Shown here piece by piece: positions 12,090-25,124 of a stretch of 64,000 nt of DNA. The first letter of the stretch is position 1, and each line of letters opens with the position of its first letter. Source of the stretch: Vicugna vicugna (taxonomy: Eukaryota). The notes below the pieces were generated by a model. It did not search any database. It saw nothing but the letters and a program-made list of their open reading frames with translations, and had not been told where the DNA came from. The translations under genes and the position numbers were made by a program. The stretch lies in NCBI GenBank assembly GCA_013265495.1, contig MU061578.1, positions 1,249,308-1,313,307 on the forward strand, read 5' to 3'.

Positions 12090-12560
12090 GTTTGTCCATG
12101 TGTTCAACAAATATATCTATGTTTATGTGTATATCAATCACCTTCTGAATGTCAGACGTTGTTCTAGGCACTGGGAATATAATAGCGGAGACTTCTGAAG
12201 CTCACTGTGTAAGTGGGGAAAAAGATTGAGTCAACTGACAGTTGCAGTATAGAGAATATTTGCTACAATGAAGGGATATAAGATGTGCTAACTGTACATA
12301 GAAGGGATATCAATCTTGTCTTAGAGCTGAAAAAAGGTATTAGTGGTTTTTTGTTTGGTTGGTTGGTTCTTATTTTAGGAAATGTACTCAGAGAAAGAAT
12401 GAAAAAAAATTATTTCAAGGAGAGAGGGGAATGTGTGAAAATCCCAGTGGGATTATGAAAGGGCAAATAATTCATATGGTGGAAAAGTCAAGGACGAGGG
12501 GAGTTAGTGGAAGATTAACTTGACTTGGGAAAAGTAGGAGTCATAAGAAATAAGAAGACA
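12090..12560 (-). mobile_element. L2 3' fragment
   Basis: ttcaacaaatat...gtcagacgttgttctaggcactgggaatata resembles the reverse-complement L2 tail. Confidence 0.6.
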
Positions 12561-13399
12561 CATGGTAGATGAATGAATCAATAGATATGCATGTCATCTT
12601 GTTTGTAGTAATATAATGTTGGAAACTTCAGTTTTCAGGACATTTATGAATTACTCAGGACAAAAGCATCAAAGAAGTCTAGCAGCATAAAACTCAATAA
12701 ATCAAATCAATTGGCACCTTTGTAACTGTCTCAAATTCTCCGTTTTCATAATCATTATAAATTCTTCTGAAATACGATGGCATTCTCCTATAAAAACATG
12801 CTTCAAAGTACCCAGGATGAGTGCCACAGGATGCCTTTTCTTTAATGCATTTCAGGATTTTTTGACTTGTGTTCTCTGAGTTCTTATTATCTGACTAGCC
12901 CTGTGCTATGGGAGGGGATGCAGATATAAATGATACACAGTGTCTCTCCTAAAAAAAAAAAAAACTCAAAGAGAAGGGAAGAGAGATGAGTAAGATGAAG
13001 ATTACAACACAGGGTCACATGTGTGATAATAAGAGAAAACAGGGTATTCCAGGCACCCAAAGGAAAGAGGCAACAACTCAGCCTATTGTGCGTAGAAAAA
13101 GTGGAAGGAGGTGTCAGCCAGGTCTCTCAGCAGATGGAGCCCTTGGTCTAACCCTTCCTGGATGAGTAAGAGCTGGGTGGGCTAACCTACTCAAGGATTT
13201 GGGAAGATGATATTGCAAACAGCACGGTCAAAGGTAGGACAAAGTAAGAGAGAAAACACTGGTTGAAGGGGTGGAGGTGCAGAAAGCACACTGATATTGT
13301 AAAACCTTTATATTTTGCTAGATGTTAACTATGCTGTCAGGAAAATAATTATTTTAATCACCTTTAGCAAAATAAATTTCATATTAACAGTAGCTAAAG

Positions 13400-13640
13400 C
13401 TGATGAAATGTTTACAATGCACCAGAAAAATGTGTTAACTGCTTTTTAGGAAGACTTCGGTTAGTGCTCACCACTTTGTGAGCAGACAGCGTCCTTAGCT
13501 CCATTTTACAGATGGGGAAACTGAGGTACATACAGGCTGAATGACTTCCTGATGTCGCAAAGGTAGTAAGTATTAGAGAGGGAATTCTATCCAGATGACT
13601 CAAGTCTCTCTCTGAATCACTGCAGTTCTCAGCCCCCAGT
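13400..13640 (-). mobile_element. MIR SINE
   Basis: ccattttacagatggggaaactgaggtac...tgacttcctgatgtcgca, MIR core in reverse. Confidence 0.8.
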
Positions 13641-13934
13641 ATCAAGGAAACCAAGCTAAACCAAAGATACTCCCATTTTCAACCCACCCTCTATCTGCAC
13701 CTCATTTATCCTAAGCAGGTGCTCTTCTGCTGGCTGTTTACATGCTTGTGGTTCTCTCCTACAAGGCACGAAATGACCGTGATGTCTGGCTTCACAAATG
13801 CACAGATCTGTACACTTTGCTTCCTGTGGTTTAGACTGGGTTTAGATTGAGATACATTCTATTAAATTATATTTCTCCAATAACAACCCATTGGTCCTTT
13901 TGCAAGTCAAGTTTTGTCCCCAGTGAACACTAAG

Positions 13935-14150
13935 GCTCAGGAATCAGACTGCCTGAGTCCAGTCACTACACATCATCTATATAACATTAGCCACATCACA
14001 TCATCTCTCTGTTCTCAGTTTCCCCATCTGTATAACGGGACGTTGTGGGTGCCCAGCTAGCTTCTAATTTTATTGTGAGCACAAAAGCAAGATAATCCAT
14101 GTAACGCACTAAGCAAAGCACCTCGCACGTTCAAATAATTCAACAGATAC
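13935..14150 (+). mobile_element. MIR SINE
   Basis: tcagactgcctgagtcc...ctcagtttccccatctgtataacggg...gtaacgcactaagcaaagcacct. Confidence 0.75.
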
Positions 14151-14407
14151 TAGAAATTGCTTTTAAAATCAATGTAAGAGCCAGAGGGAGCACTAGAGCA
14201 ATTTGGGTTTAAATCCTGGCTTTATTCCCCAAAGGCCATGTGAATTTGGCTGAAATAATGGCTATTTTTGAGTCACAGATTCCTTTTCTCAAAAAAAAAA
14301 AAATATGAGGACAATAGCTGGCTTGAGATTTTGAAAGGTTTGATTTTATCCTTTTGAGATGGGCGGGTAAACAGCCACTCCCAAGCCCTGTGGGCAAGAG
14401 CGTCAGG

Positions 14408-14426
14408 TGCTGCCACCTGTTGGAGG
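14408..14426 (-). promoter_or_regulatory. CTCF motif candidate
   Basis: Reverse complement CCTCCAACAGGTGGCAGCA; one mismatch to CCASYAGRKGGCRS. Confidence 0.4.
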
Positions 14427-14612
14427 CTGGTTGGCAGCTCTCACAACACAGAACACGCATTTCCTTCCATTCAGAGCTTCCTCTCCTAGGAGCCTCCATA
14501 ATGGAACCCGAGGACAAACAGGGAAGGAAGGGCCATGCTTCTTACAGAAGAACATACAAAAATATCAATGTCCATCAGTACTGGTTAAATAAATTGTGGT
14601 TCGTCTAACACA

Positions 14613-14842
14613 CAGGGGCGAGGAAACTCTTTCAATAAAGATCCAAATAGTAAATATTTTTGGCTTTGGGGGCCATAGAGTTTCTGTTTCTGCTACCCCA
14701 ATTCAACCCTGCCATTGTGGCAAGAAAGCAGCCCATGAACACTGTGCAAACAAATGGCTGCAGCTGTGTTTCAATAAAACTTTATTTACAGAAACAAGTG
14801 GTGGGCCAGATTTGGCTTGGGGCCATCACTTGCCAACCCTTG
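14613..14842 (-). mobile_element. MER58A-like hAT MITE nested in an old L1 3' fragment
   Basis: cagggg...aaact / acttgccaacccttg termini with reverse MER58A interior. L1 sequence (gttaaataaattgtggt...tactatggaatactatg) resumes on both sides. Confidence 0.85.
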
Positions 14843-17499
14843 ATCTATACTATGGAATACTATGGGTACATTAGCAATTTACTGATATGGCAAGGTGTTC
14901 ACGAGAGAATGAACAACACAAACAAGTTTAACCAATTTTTAAAATACAATCCATCGTTTAAAACCTGTATGCAGGTACACACATGCAAATATTCACTCAC
15001 ACATGGAAAAAGTCTGGAATGATAAACACCAGATTGCAAACAAAAGCACAAAAATTATATCCCAGAAGTGAGAGTAATAATGAGGGAGTCATGAGGCTGT
15101 TTCCCACTTTTAACCTCGGATTCTGTTATATTAATTCAACGTCTGGCAATGAGCATGCCCTGCTTTTGTAAACTCAAATGAACAGCAGTCATAATAAAAT
15201 AATTCAAAAAGCTCAGAGTTATAGGCTTTTTGTGATGATTAAATGAGACATTGTACAGCAGCATCAAACCAGCCTGGCCTTGCACATAGTAGGTACTCAA
15301 GAAATGGTAGCTGTAAGTAACTGCCCAGAGCACCCAAAGGGTTACATCTGGGGAGAAGTTCAACTTCAATTTTTCGGGGACATGACATATTTTAGTGTAG
15401 ATTCTCTCCAGTAGAAAAGTGAAGAATAAAATAAAGAGGAAGGTTGATCTGCCCTCCCTACTTCTGGGTTCTTAGATGAAATGTTTATGAGAAGATCTGA
15501 GTTTATGAAGACCCAAAATCCCTAAATATAATCCAAGCCATCATATGGTTGTGAGAAAGCCCAGTGGTTTTTCCCAACTGTATCCTACAATGAAGTGTGT
15601 CCTCTGGTTCCAAGAAAACAGGATAGTTCATGTCAAATAAGCAAAGACTTCATCGCTTGCTGTGGTGGTGGTTTCTTTTTGGTCTAAAGTTCAAAAAAAA
15701 AAAAGTGCTTGAAAGTACTAAGTGTTTAGGATTCAGAAAAGGAAGTGAGAAACAATCAACGGAAAAAAATGAAAACAAAGAACACAACCAGCCAAGTCAG
15801 TTAATTGATTAATTAACTCAATTCTGGTGCACGTTGTGTTATTAAAGAAAATGTGTTTGCAGGAACTCGGGGAATCCACTCATCTCTCCCCCAACATTTT
15901 CATTTCAACCCTGGGGAAGAACCAGAATCGGCTGCTAAAATCTCATCCGATTTTTGTAAAGGTGCCAAATTTAGAGGGGAACCCAAGGAGGTCAGGTGGA
16001 GAAAAGAGTTGGCAAGGCTGAACACCAATCAGAAAAAAAAAAAATCATTGATTTGTTCTTATATGTAAACATGAACAGATAAACCCAAAGACTGAAAACT
16101 CGAACATACTTTATTGATGGCTAGCAAAGCTTGAGGGTAATTTATGGAGCATGTCCTAAAAATCTCAAATTACTTAGAACATTTAGCACTTAAATGACCT
16201 ATAGTATGGTACATGCCAGGCACTACACCACTGAGTGAGCTCTCCTTCTCCCGCTGTTCCCTGTAAAACCATGTCGTTTGATGATATTGGTACTTATCAT
16301 GAGACAGCTGTAAGTTGTTACAGATGTAAGTTGCCGGGGAGAGTCAAGTGTTGGTTATCCGATTAAAGGGGTGTCAGAGGTCAGGATGCCCGCAGAACTT
16401 GAGCAAGCCTCAAATAACACGTTTTAAAGGGCTGTTGCCTCTGGAGGAAATGCTTTTTGCACTAGCTGTGCCATGCACCCACTTGTTAAACACCCCATTA
16501 GCAACAGAACAAGTCCCCCAGATCTGGAACAAAGCTGTGTAGGCAGATGGATTAGATAGACAAACACCAAGCAAGAGGTGGCAGCCACAGGCAGCACCTG
16601 GCACGGATCCCCTCCAGCCTCCCGCATCCATCTGCTTCCTGCAAGGATGCAGTCTCTCGGAGTTGTTAATTTCAGGCTTGATGCTGGTCTCGAAGTGAAG
16701 GAAAGGGCGGCCCCTGGCCACAAAGAGCCGGGCTGGCCTGACACACGGACGCACGTTTACAAGGGAAACCAGAAAACGTCTTTGCATCCGGGAACTGGTA
16801 ACTTGCAAGGTGGGGGAAACGTATTGCCTATTATTTATTCTAATAATAAACCATTACCCCAGGCACATTTTTATTCTCCAGATTTAATAAAGTATTTTGT
16901 GAACCGAGGCAGAGGAGGGAGGGAGAAAACAATTGTGTTTATTAGAAGGATGATTTCTGTTTGTTTCAGATGTAGAAGCAATCACCATTCCTTTCCTTCA
17001 TAAACAAGGGTTATAATTGCTCCCATAACCCCACCCTAAGCCTTTGCTCAATCCAAGAAAATTTGAACACTCACCAAAATGTCCTGAGGAACTAAAAGGG
17101 CTTGGCATGCTTCCCTGAAACTGTCTCCTGGGACCATCATTAACCTATAGCCGGAGAACTCTGATTATATAGCGTGGGGCTCTCAGCTCAGATTTTCCCA
17201 TCATCCCCCTCTCCACATCCAGAGGTAAGAAAGAGTGAGGGCCAGGTGGGTGATTTACATACTATTTGCATATCTCTGCTTAAATGGAATATATGTGCTC
17301 AAGACATTTTTAAATTAAGATATTTCAACTGGACTTTGGTGGTGTTATTTTTTCTGATTCAAAATTGCAAAACTGATCATTTTTTCAGAAGTTGATAATT
17401 TTATAATCTGCATCCCAATTAAATAGATTCAGCAGAGATACACAGGCCACAGCCAGATCTGGGCAGTCACCCTGATCATGTTAATTGGGAGACATTTGA

Positions 17500-17660
17500 G
17501 AGGCGTCTTAAGAGGATAAACTCTAAAAGCCAGATTTCTAAGGTTCAAATCTCAACCCTGCTACCGATTAGCTTAGGGACCTTGGACAAATTCCTCACCC
17601 CAAAGGGTCATCACAAGGTTTGAATGAGTTAATATTTGCCAAGCAACTAGAGAAGCACCC
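17500..17660 (+). mobile_element. MIR SINE (internally deleted)
   Basis: ctctaaaagccagatttctaaggttcaaatctc...gaccttggacaaatt...gaatgagttaatattt. Confidence 0.65.
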
Positions 17661-18280
17661 TACAGAAGCCACCACTTACGTGCCTTTTCAATGCAAGGAA
17701 GCAGATTTAATCCAAAGTTCTGTCCGTTGCTGTTATCTGTTCTTTTTATACACTGACAGTGGACTGGGCCTGCCCAGCTCTGTGCTTAGGTGCCGAGTGG
17801 ACAATAGCACCGCGGTAGAAAACGAAGGTGTTAAAAAGCGGCTGGTACTTCTGGAAGGTTTGTGCTGTGATATTAAAAGTTCATGTCCACAAATGGTAGA
17901 GTATTCCAAGAGAAGGAAATCATGTAACAACGACTATACTATCAGAAAGAAAAAAAAAACAAACTAGTGAGGTGAACTAAGTCCCATTGAACCAATTCTC
18001 CAGACAAGGAATTAAGGATTTAAGTGACTTTCCAGGGTAAAGCAGCCCGGGTGACATCCCCAGGCTGGCTCTCTGAGCCACACTGCCTTCTGCATCTAGA
18101 GAAATCTCTACATCGCTGTAAGAGGTCTTTTCCATTCCTGATCTGTGACTTTACAAAATGTCATCATTTAAGAAATGGGAACGATCCTGTAGCTGGAGAA
18201 GCTTGAGGAGTATTCATTTTCTAATTTTCCAGTTCAGTTGTCTGAAAGGGTTGCCTGGATGGAGGTTGTTACCAGTGCTC

Positions 18281-18338
18281 TGTGTGTGTGTGTGTGTGAG
18301 TGTGTGTGAGTGTGTGTATGTGCGCGTGCACACGTGCG
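18281..18338. repeat. Imperfect (TG)n / alternating purine-pyrimidine tract
   Basis: Directly visible. Confidence 0.9.
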
Positions 18339-19014
18339 TCCATTCACACCCTTCCTGGAAAGCTTAATGGAGGGAGGGGCTGGAAGACACATGCTTCATG
18401 AAAAATGAGCTCTTAAAACCCTAAACTTAAAGAATCTTTCCTGAAAGTAGGCTCACAAAAGTTCTGAAACAGTGAGGAGGCATTCATGTAAATTGCAGGC
18501 AATTTAACAGGAAAATCTAGGTCACCTGGCTGTTTGCTTTGTCATCATCAGTATTAATTAGACACTGGAAGTAATGACTGAGCTCAGAGAGCTCTTCAGA
18601 TTTAAAATAATAATAATAATAATAAACCAACAGAACACAGCTTTACCTTCGGAAAGAAAATATTTTCACAAGTAGCGTTCTGCAAGAACCTGAGTGGGGG
18701 AAAAAAAAAAAACAAAAAACCTTGCAATTAAATTCGGCGAGTGTGCCCTGAGATCATCCCAGGGGAGGCCTTATTTGTACTTAATATTCAAATAAATATT
18801 CTTTTTGTGTGCAGTGCATCTGAGAGGGTGCATTTTATTTAATTTGAGTGTGTAATGTAATCGGCATCATGAGAAATAATCACTAAGAAAGGAGGACCCT
18901 TTAGTTAGGATAAATGGTCCAGCTCCACCGCTGAGTGGGTGATGGTGGGCGAGGAGGGAAAGGCAAAGAGCAGAATCTCAAGCACGGTTCCCCCTCCACC
19001 CCCGGAGTGTCCTG

Positions 19015-19184
19015 CAGGACCTCGAAACTCCAGGTGGCATCTGTGGGACCAGCAGCATCCGCACTTACTGGAAGCTGATTAGAAATACAGCATCTTAAAC
19101 CCCCGCTCAGACCACCTGAATCAGAACCTGGGTTTACCGAGATACCAGGCGGTTGCTGTGCCCATAAAATCTAGAGGAGTATTG
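19015..19184 (+). mobile_element. MER5A1-like hAT-Charlie MITE
   Basis: ggaccagcagcatc...ttagaaatacagcatct...cagaccacctgaatcagaac. Confidence 0.75.
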
Positions 19185-20427
19185 TGGCCAAGAGTCCTCA
19201 CTGCGACTTAGCGGAAACTCTGCTCCTTTGTCCTTCTAGGATCAGGGCTCCCCTGTCTTCACAGGTGCTGGATGCCCAAGAGAGGCCAGGGGATGTCTCC
19301 AGAAGTTCCACAGAAGGTAAGGCCACAGGGCTCTCCAGGCAGCCTCCTTTGCTCCGCCCTCTTTCGGTCCATCTTTCTGAAGTGCCCTAGCAGTGGTCAC
19401 GGTCTTGCGTCCAGCTGGAGCCCAGCCAGGAAGCGGAGGAGGAAAGGAGGGGTTTGGCAGCTCTCATCTGCCACCTGCAAAACCCTAGAGGGTTAATTAT
19501 TCCCAGTCTCAGCCCCTCTCCTCCAGCACCAGGCGCTCTGCCTTCCTTACCCCGTATTTACCGCCTCGTGTGTTAGGTCGTCTCATTGTTAGTATTGCTC
19601 TGAATCGATGACAACCTCAGGTTTAGAGGCTGAACTACATACCCCGAGTCAGGAAAGGGCAGAGCCAGGGCTCCAGCCCAGACCTACCTGAACCCAGAGC
19701 TTTCTCATCCACTGTGTCCCCCCAGCCCCTGCCCCACTCCTGGCCTTCCCGACTCATCTGTACAATGGAGAGAAACCTGCGTCTTCGTAAAATGTCTAAT
19801 ACAGCAGCTTTCAGTTGTTCAGTACTGACCCAAGCCCCTTCCCGACCTGCCTCGTTTGCTTTTATTTTCCTTCCATCATGTTAAATTCTTCCATAGGGAG
19901 CCATCCTGTGTCTTTACAGGGGCCCTCGGTGTATCACCTACTGTGATCCTTGTGTTAAAATTGGCTTAAAGAAAGTTCACACGCCCCACTGTTTTCAGGT
20001 TCTCAGGGAAGACTTGGGGTGAGGGTGGGCACACAGTAACCCCTAAATCCAACACAGTCACCGTGTTATCAGAACCTGCTGACTCCACTTCCCTTACGAG
20101 GCTTCCCAGGCAGAGCAGGCTCACTCCCCGACTCACGCCCACCCTGAGGAGGGGAGGAGGGGGCAGTGTCCTTTCCCACCTTCTGAACACAGGGCAGCGT
20201 ACAGTCTGTGCATGGGAGGTATTCCTGCTCTTTGTGATGAAACTGAATTCTGCTTCTCCCTCAGTGTTCCTGCTGGTTCACACTCTCTCTCCAATCGGAG
20301 TGGCTCTCCCACTGGCCAAGAAGAGCCTCCTTCCCCAAAGGTAGGGACACGCTCTTAGTCACAGCCATTGTTGGAAGTTAGAGAATATTTAGCCAAGAGG
20401 CTACAAAAACATCAAAAGCATTTTCAG

Positions 20428-20620
20428 ACAGGTACCTACTCTCTAGCACAGGGCGCTCGATTTAATATCTTGTAGTAACCCATCATAGAAAAGAATCTAG
20501 AAAAGAATAGATGGATGGATGGATATAAGATGTGTATGTATAACTGAATCACTCTGCTGTACACCTGAAACTAACACAGCCTTGGAAATCAACTCTACTT
20601 CAATAAAAATAAATTTTAAA
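20428..20620 (+). mobile_element. 5'-truncated artiodactyl-type L1 3' end with perfect 14-bp TSD
   Basis: gtataactgaatcactctgctgtacacctgaaactaacaca...aatcaactctacttcaataaaa; TSD aaaagcattttcag at 20414-20427 and 20621-20634. Confidence 0.9.
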
Positions 20621-21389
20621 AAAAGCATTTTCAGTTCAAGTGGACCCAAGTTGGGGTTCCTCGGGGAGGGTGAAAGGAAAATCCACTACGAACAGCAAAA
20701 CAGCCCGTGAAATTCAAGGACAGATCTACTTAACCATAAACAACTTGTTCTTTGGAATTATTAAAGAGTATCGTCTCTAATTTCATCAAGGAATGATGAA
20801 AGCACTTGGAAAGGGGGGTGGAATAAAGCTCCTTTAGCAGATTTAATATATATAGTTCAAAAAAAAAAAAGCTCGAGATGATAGATGTTCCCAAACAGGA
20901 GTTGGCCAGTTTGCAATCTGCTCATGACTCTGGGTTTCAAGCTTTTCTTTTAAAAACAAATTAGGGTTGATAAACAAAAAACAGTAAAACCATCCGATTT
21001 TAACAGGGAACAACGTGGCCATCCCGATCTCGCTGGCGGCCACCAGGGGACCACAGCACGTGCAAAGGCCAACTGGTTTCCTTCCCTGGGCCTGAGGGAA
21101 GCTAGGTAGACAGCTAACCTCAATAATGACTCCCTTAAATTACAAGGAAGCCCGGCCAGTCACCTTGGCTAAAAGCTCGCTGAGCTGCTGCTGGCAGCGC
21201 GGCTGAATGAGAGTGTCCGTAACGACACTAATGAGGAAGGGATGAATTGCAGGTCCCCACGGAGGAGGTGGTGGGGTTCCACGGGTGTCAGACAGGCAAA
21301 CAGGGACCACCCTGGCCAGACTGGACACAAGCTATCGGCCTTCTTTGGGCGTGGAACGCTGCTCGGGAGCGCAGAGGACAGTGTTTCAG

Positions 21390-21625
21390 TAATCACAATG
21401 ACCCGCATTTATTCAGTGGGATGTACTTAGTTTGGGGTTCTGTACGCATTAGCTCATCACAGTCAATTATCTCCTATGCCTGATGAGGCTGATATATTAT
21501 TTTTACCCCCAGCCTGTGGCTCAGAGAGGTTAAGCAACCTGCTCAAGCTGGCACAGCAGGGAAACAGCAGAGCCAAGGATCTGAGTCCAGGCTGCAAGTC
21601 TGCAGGTCCATTCTCTTACCCACTA
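21390..21625 (-). mobile_element. MIR SINE
   Basis: ggctcagagaggttaagcaacctgctcaagctggcacagc, MIR core in reverse. Confidence 0.75.
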
Positions 21626-22038
21626 GGTCTTCCTGCCTCTCTGCCTCTAAAGTTGCAGCCCCGTCTCTGCAGCATAGCTGCCAGGCACTTCCTGTCCACT
21701 CACTGTGTCATCGGTGACACCACCCTGGCTGCAGCTCAGGAAGAGGCAGCCTCCCAGACCACAGACCATGTGAGTCCCCAGCTCCCACCCGAGACAAACT
21801 GGACCAAGCGGGTTCTCCTTCTGCTCCACACCCTTCCCTTGAGCACTTTCTTGTCAAAGATGGATACCAACACGTCCTCGACTTTTCCTCAAATGCCGAG
21901 CATGTGAGTCCTTTCCATGTCCTGCTCAATTCCTCTAAGATAAAGGGAAACACCCACCTCAGTACAGCCAGACAGAGGTGAGTTCAAGTCCTAGATCTGC
22001 CCCTGGATCGTGGGACCTTGAATATGCCCATAACTTCC

Positions 22039-22479
22039 TGCACTGGGTTGAACCACGTCCCCCAAATTCACGCCCACCCAGAACCCTGGGATGTGGCCTT
22101 ATTTGGAACTAGGGTCTTTGCAGCTGTAAGTAAGTAGGCATGGAGAGGAAATCGCAGTGGCTTACAAGGGGCTATAGATACAATAAGAGTGTCCAGATAA
22201 GAGACAGAAAAAGGACAGACGGATGGGGAAGAGGGCCATGTGACAACGAAAGCAGAAATGGGAGTGACGCGGCCACAAGCCAAGTAGAATTCCAGGAGCC
22301 GCCAGAAGTTGAAGGAGCCCGGAGAGGTCCTCCCCTAGAGCTTTTGAAAGGGAACGTGGCCCTGCTCAATCCTTGATTTCAAACTCCTAGCCTCCAGGAT
22401 TGTGACAGAATAAACTCCTGTTGTTTGAAGCCACCTGCTTTGTGGAAATTCCTTACAATGGTCCCAGGACACCGAGACA
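22039..22479 (+). mobile_element. MaLR solo LTR (MLT1B/MLT1C-like)
   Basis: TG...CA termini; gtggccttatttggaactagggtctttgcag; ggccatgtgacaac...gcggccacaagccaag; cctccaggattgtgacagaataaa. Confidence 0.9.
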
Positions 22480-23451
22480 CAGGCTACGCCGCATGTTCTC
22501 CTGTGCAGCGTGGGTGTGAAAGCCGCCAGCTCGGTGGGCTGACGCACTCCACATCATACCATCCCCGGGACTGAGAAGCAGCCCCGTCTTCATCCAGACA
22601 TTTAGAAACTCCAGCAGGACAGACCCAAGCTGAAAGCGCACCGGAGTCACTCAGTTCCACACCGCCAGGCGTCGTGGACCAGTTACGCATCATGACTCCT
22701 GACTACCACTCAGGCAACAGCTTACGACTCTTCCACCGAATTTTCTGTATCTCCATCCCATCATCCTCCACCTCGTCCAAAAGGGGCCCCACACAGGCCT
22801 CCCGTTGGCTCTCCTGGTTAAATTCAGACACAATGGGCCCAGCACCTCCTCCAAAGCTGCCGTTTCAGGGAGAAATGACGTGTGCTGGGTCCGGGGTGTC
22901 CTAAGTGAATGGATCCCTGAATCTATTCATCGTGCTTTCCTCTTCAGTAAACTCACAAACCACGCTCCTCACGCCCTTCCCCACACTTGAGTGCAGGATT
23001 TACGAGATGCTACCCAGCCCACGTGTTATAGGACCTACCAGCTTCCTTCCGTCTCTTTCAAAAATTGCAATGATAGCTGACATTTCCCCACTTCCAGTCT
23101 CATGTCCCTCTGCTTTCTGCCACGCATTCTGGGTGATATTTAATGATTTCACGTTCAGGTTATTCTATTGTTTGGGGTCATGAGTCCAGGTTAAAAGACT
23201 TAGGTTTGCTAAGAGCTAACACCCTCCTAAGACTGTTTCACCAATCCCGACTCCATCAGCCCACCAAAGTTCACTCCATCCTGAATGAAGAGGATTTTGT
23301 GTGTGTGTGTGTGATGGAGAAGAGGAAAAGATTCAAGAGTTCTATTTCTTCTATGCGATGCATTAACATTCCTGTATCAGCCCCAAACAGCCTGCCGATC
23401 CCTTTCTGCCACTTTTGGATCGGCTTTTAGCTTTTAGCATTTTCTGTTTTG

Positions 23452-23523
23452 TCATGACATTATTAGCATCCCTTAGTTAAGTTAATTTTTATCATGACAT
23501 TATTAGCATCCCTTAGTTAAGTT
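23452..23523. repeat. Local tandem duplication, perfect 32-bp direct repeat with period 40
   Basis: tcatgacattattagcatcccttagttaagtt at 23452-23483 and 23492-23523. Confidence 0.95.
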
Positions 23524-24310
23524 CATTTGGCTTCCAAACAGCAGCTGATGTGATTTCAACTTGTGGAGGAGGAAACCGAGGCTTCGATTACTCACTTTGC
23601 CACAAACACATAGCCAAGGGGTAGAGCCGGGATCATCCTCGGGTCCAACTGATGCCAGGACCTCCTCTCATCAGCCTCCGCCATGTTGCTTTCTTTGTTA
23701 ATGGCAAATGTTCTGATATTCTAAGTGTTCCACGTTCCCCTCCCCAAGCTCCACACTCCTCTAAGATTTTCTAGGTTCATCAAGTCCTGTGACATTTCAC
23801 AGTTGGTTCACATTTTCCAAGAAACACGAGTGCATGCAAACATCTTTAGGGAGTCGCTCCCAAATAGAAGTCACCATGGTGTTTGGTCAAATTTTCTAAA
23901 AGGTTGGGGCTCCTTATTGTGATGAAATGAAGAGCTTAAGACAATCAAGCATGAGTGAGAAAAATCCTACCCCATCTGACCCCAGCTCTGCACCGAAGTA
24001 GAGCAGTTTCACAGCCGCCTGTTTACACCCAGAGAGAGCATGGACTGCGTGCCAATTTGATCAGAAAATGGCAAACGCGCAGAGCCAGCCCTGTCTATTA
24101 GATGGAGAAGCGGACTAATGAATCTTGGAAATGGAAAAGTCTGTCTATCCTTCTTCAAATCTGTAAGCCAATTATTATATTGGATCTTGACTTCCAATAT
24201 TTCTGCAGGCTTCTAGGCAGTGAAACTGTGCCAAGCAACAGGAGAATGGGCTGCTCAGGGCTGCGAATGCTGTTTCTGTGCTGGAGAGTAAATAAAGCTT
24301 GTCTTTCTCT

Positions 24311-24397
24311 CTTCCTTCCTTCCTTCCTACCTTCCTTCTTCCCTTCCTTCCTTCCTTCCTTCCTACCTTTCTTCTTCCCTTCCTTCCTTCCTTCCTT
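24311..24397. repeat. (TTCC)n polypyrimidine microsatellite
   Basis: Directly visible. Confidence 0.95.
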
Positions 24398-24689
24398 ATA
24401 TTTTCTTTTCCAATTTCTTCAATGCCACAAAATGCAGTCTATAGGTTACTGAGGTGAAGGGAGGAAATCTCTCCGTTTTCCTGATGAAATCAAATGGTTT
24501 TACTATTCTTTCATGTGGAAACCTGCTTTGCCATGCCTTTTGAAAGCTAAATTCTGCAAGGTGGGCTTCAGGGATTGCATTCTATGCATGTTTGCTCCCT
24601 GGCTGGGTTTCTCTAAGTACATTAGTCTTGATCAGAGGAGAGAAAGATGAAGGAGAAGAGGAAGCGAGTGGAGGGATTTAGAGAAAAAA

Positions 24690-24930
24690 AATAACTCCAG
24701 AGCCAGACTGCTTGGGTTTGAAACCCGGCTTTGTCACTTACTCATTGCCTGACCTTGGACAAGTTACTTAACCAATGTCCACCTCTACTACCCTATCTGA
24801 ACGGAAAAAAAAGGGGGGGGGGAATACCAACAGGGTCTATTACAGGGTTTCTATTAGGCATATATAAGTTTATATCTGAAAGGCACTGAGCAGTTCCTGA
24901 CACAGGATTATATAAAGCTCGTTAAATAAA
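24690..24930 (+). mobile_element. MIR SINE
   Basis: ctccagagccagactgcttgggtttgaaacccggctttgtcacttact...gaccttggacaagttacttaacc. Confidence 0.85.
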
Positions 24931-24990
24931 ATAGATGTGATTAACTTATTCAGAGAGATGATTTAGCCTCTCTATTCATTTCCTTAATTA

Positions 24991-25124
24991 TTTTTCTTTT
25001 TGTTTCTTTGTTTTTTTTGGGGGGGGGCAATTCGGCTTACTTATTTTGATGGAGGTACTGGGGATTGAATCCCCAGACCTCATGCATGCTCAGCATGCGC
25101 TCTACCCCTGAGCTACACCCTCCC
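24991..25124 (-). mobile_element. Camelid tRNA-derived SINE (vic-1 type)
   Basis: Reverse complement gggagggtgtagctcaggggtagagcgcatgctgagcatgcatgaggtctggggattcaatccccagtacctcc followed by an A-rich tail. Confidence 0.85.

Noticed and set aside
21037..21056. CTCF-like ggccaccaggggacc (also weak matches near 16570 and 54755)
   Set aside because: Mismatches in the most informative core positions.
23452..23523. CRISPR-like direct repeats (also 29552-29641)
   Set aside because: Only two copies each, in eukaryotic context with no cas genes; simple local duplications.
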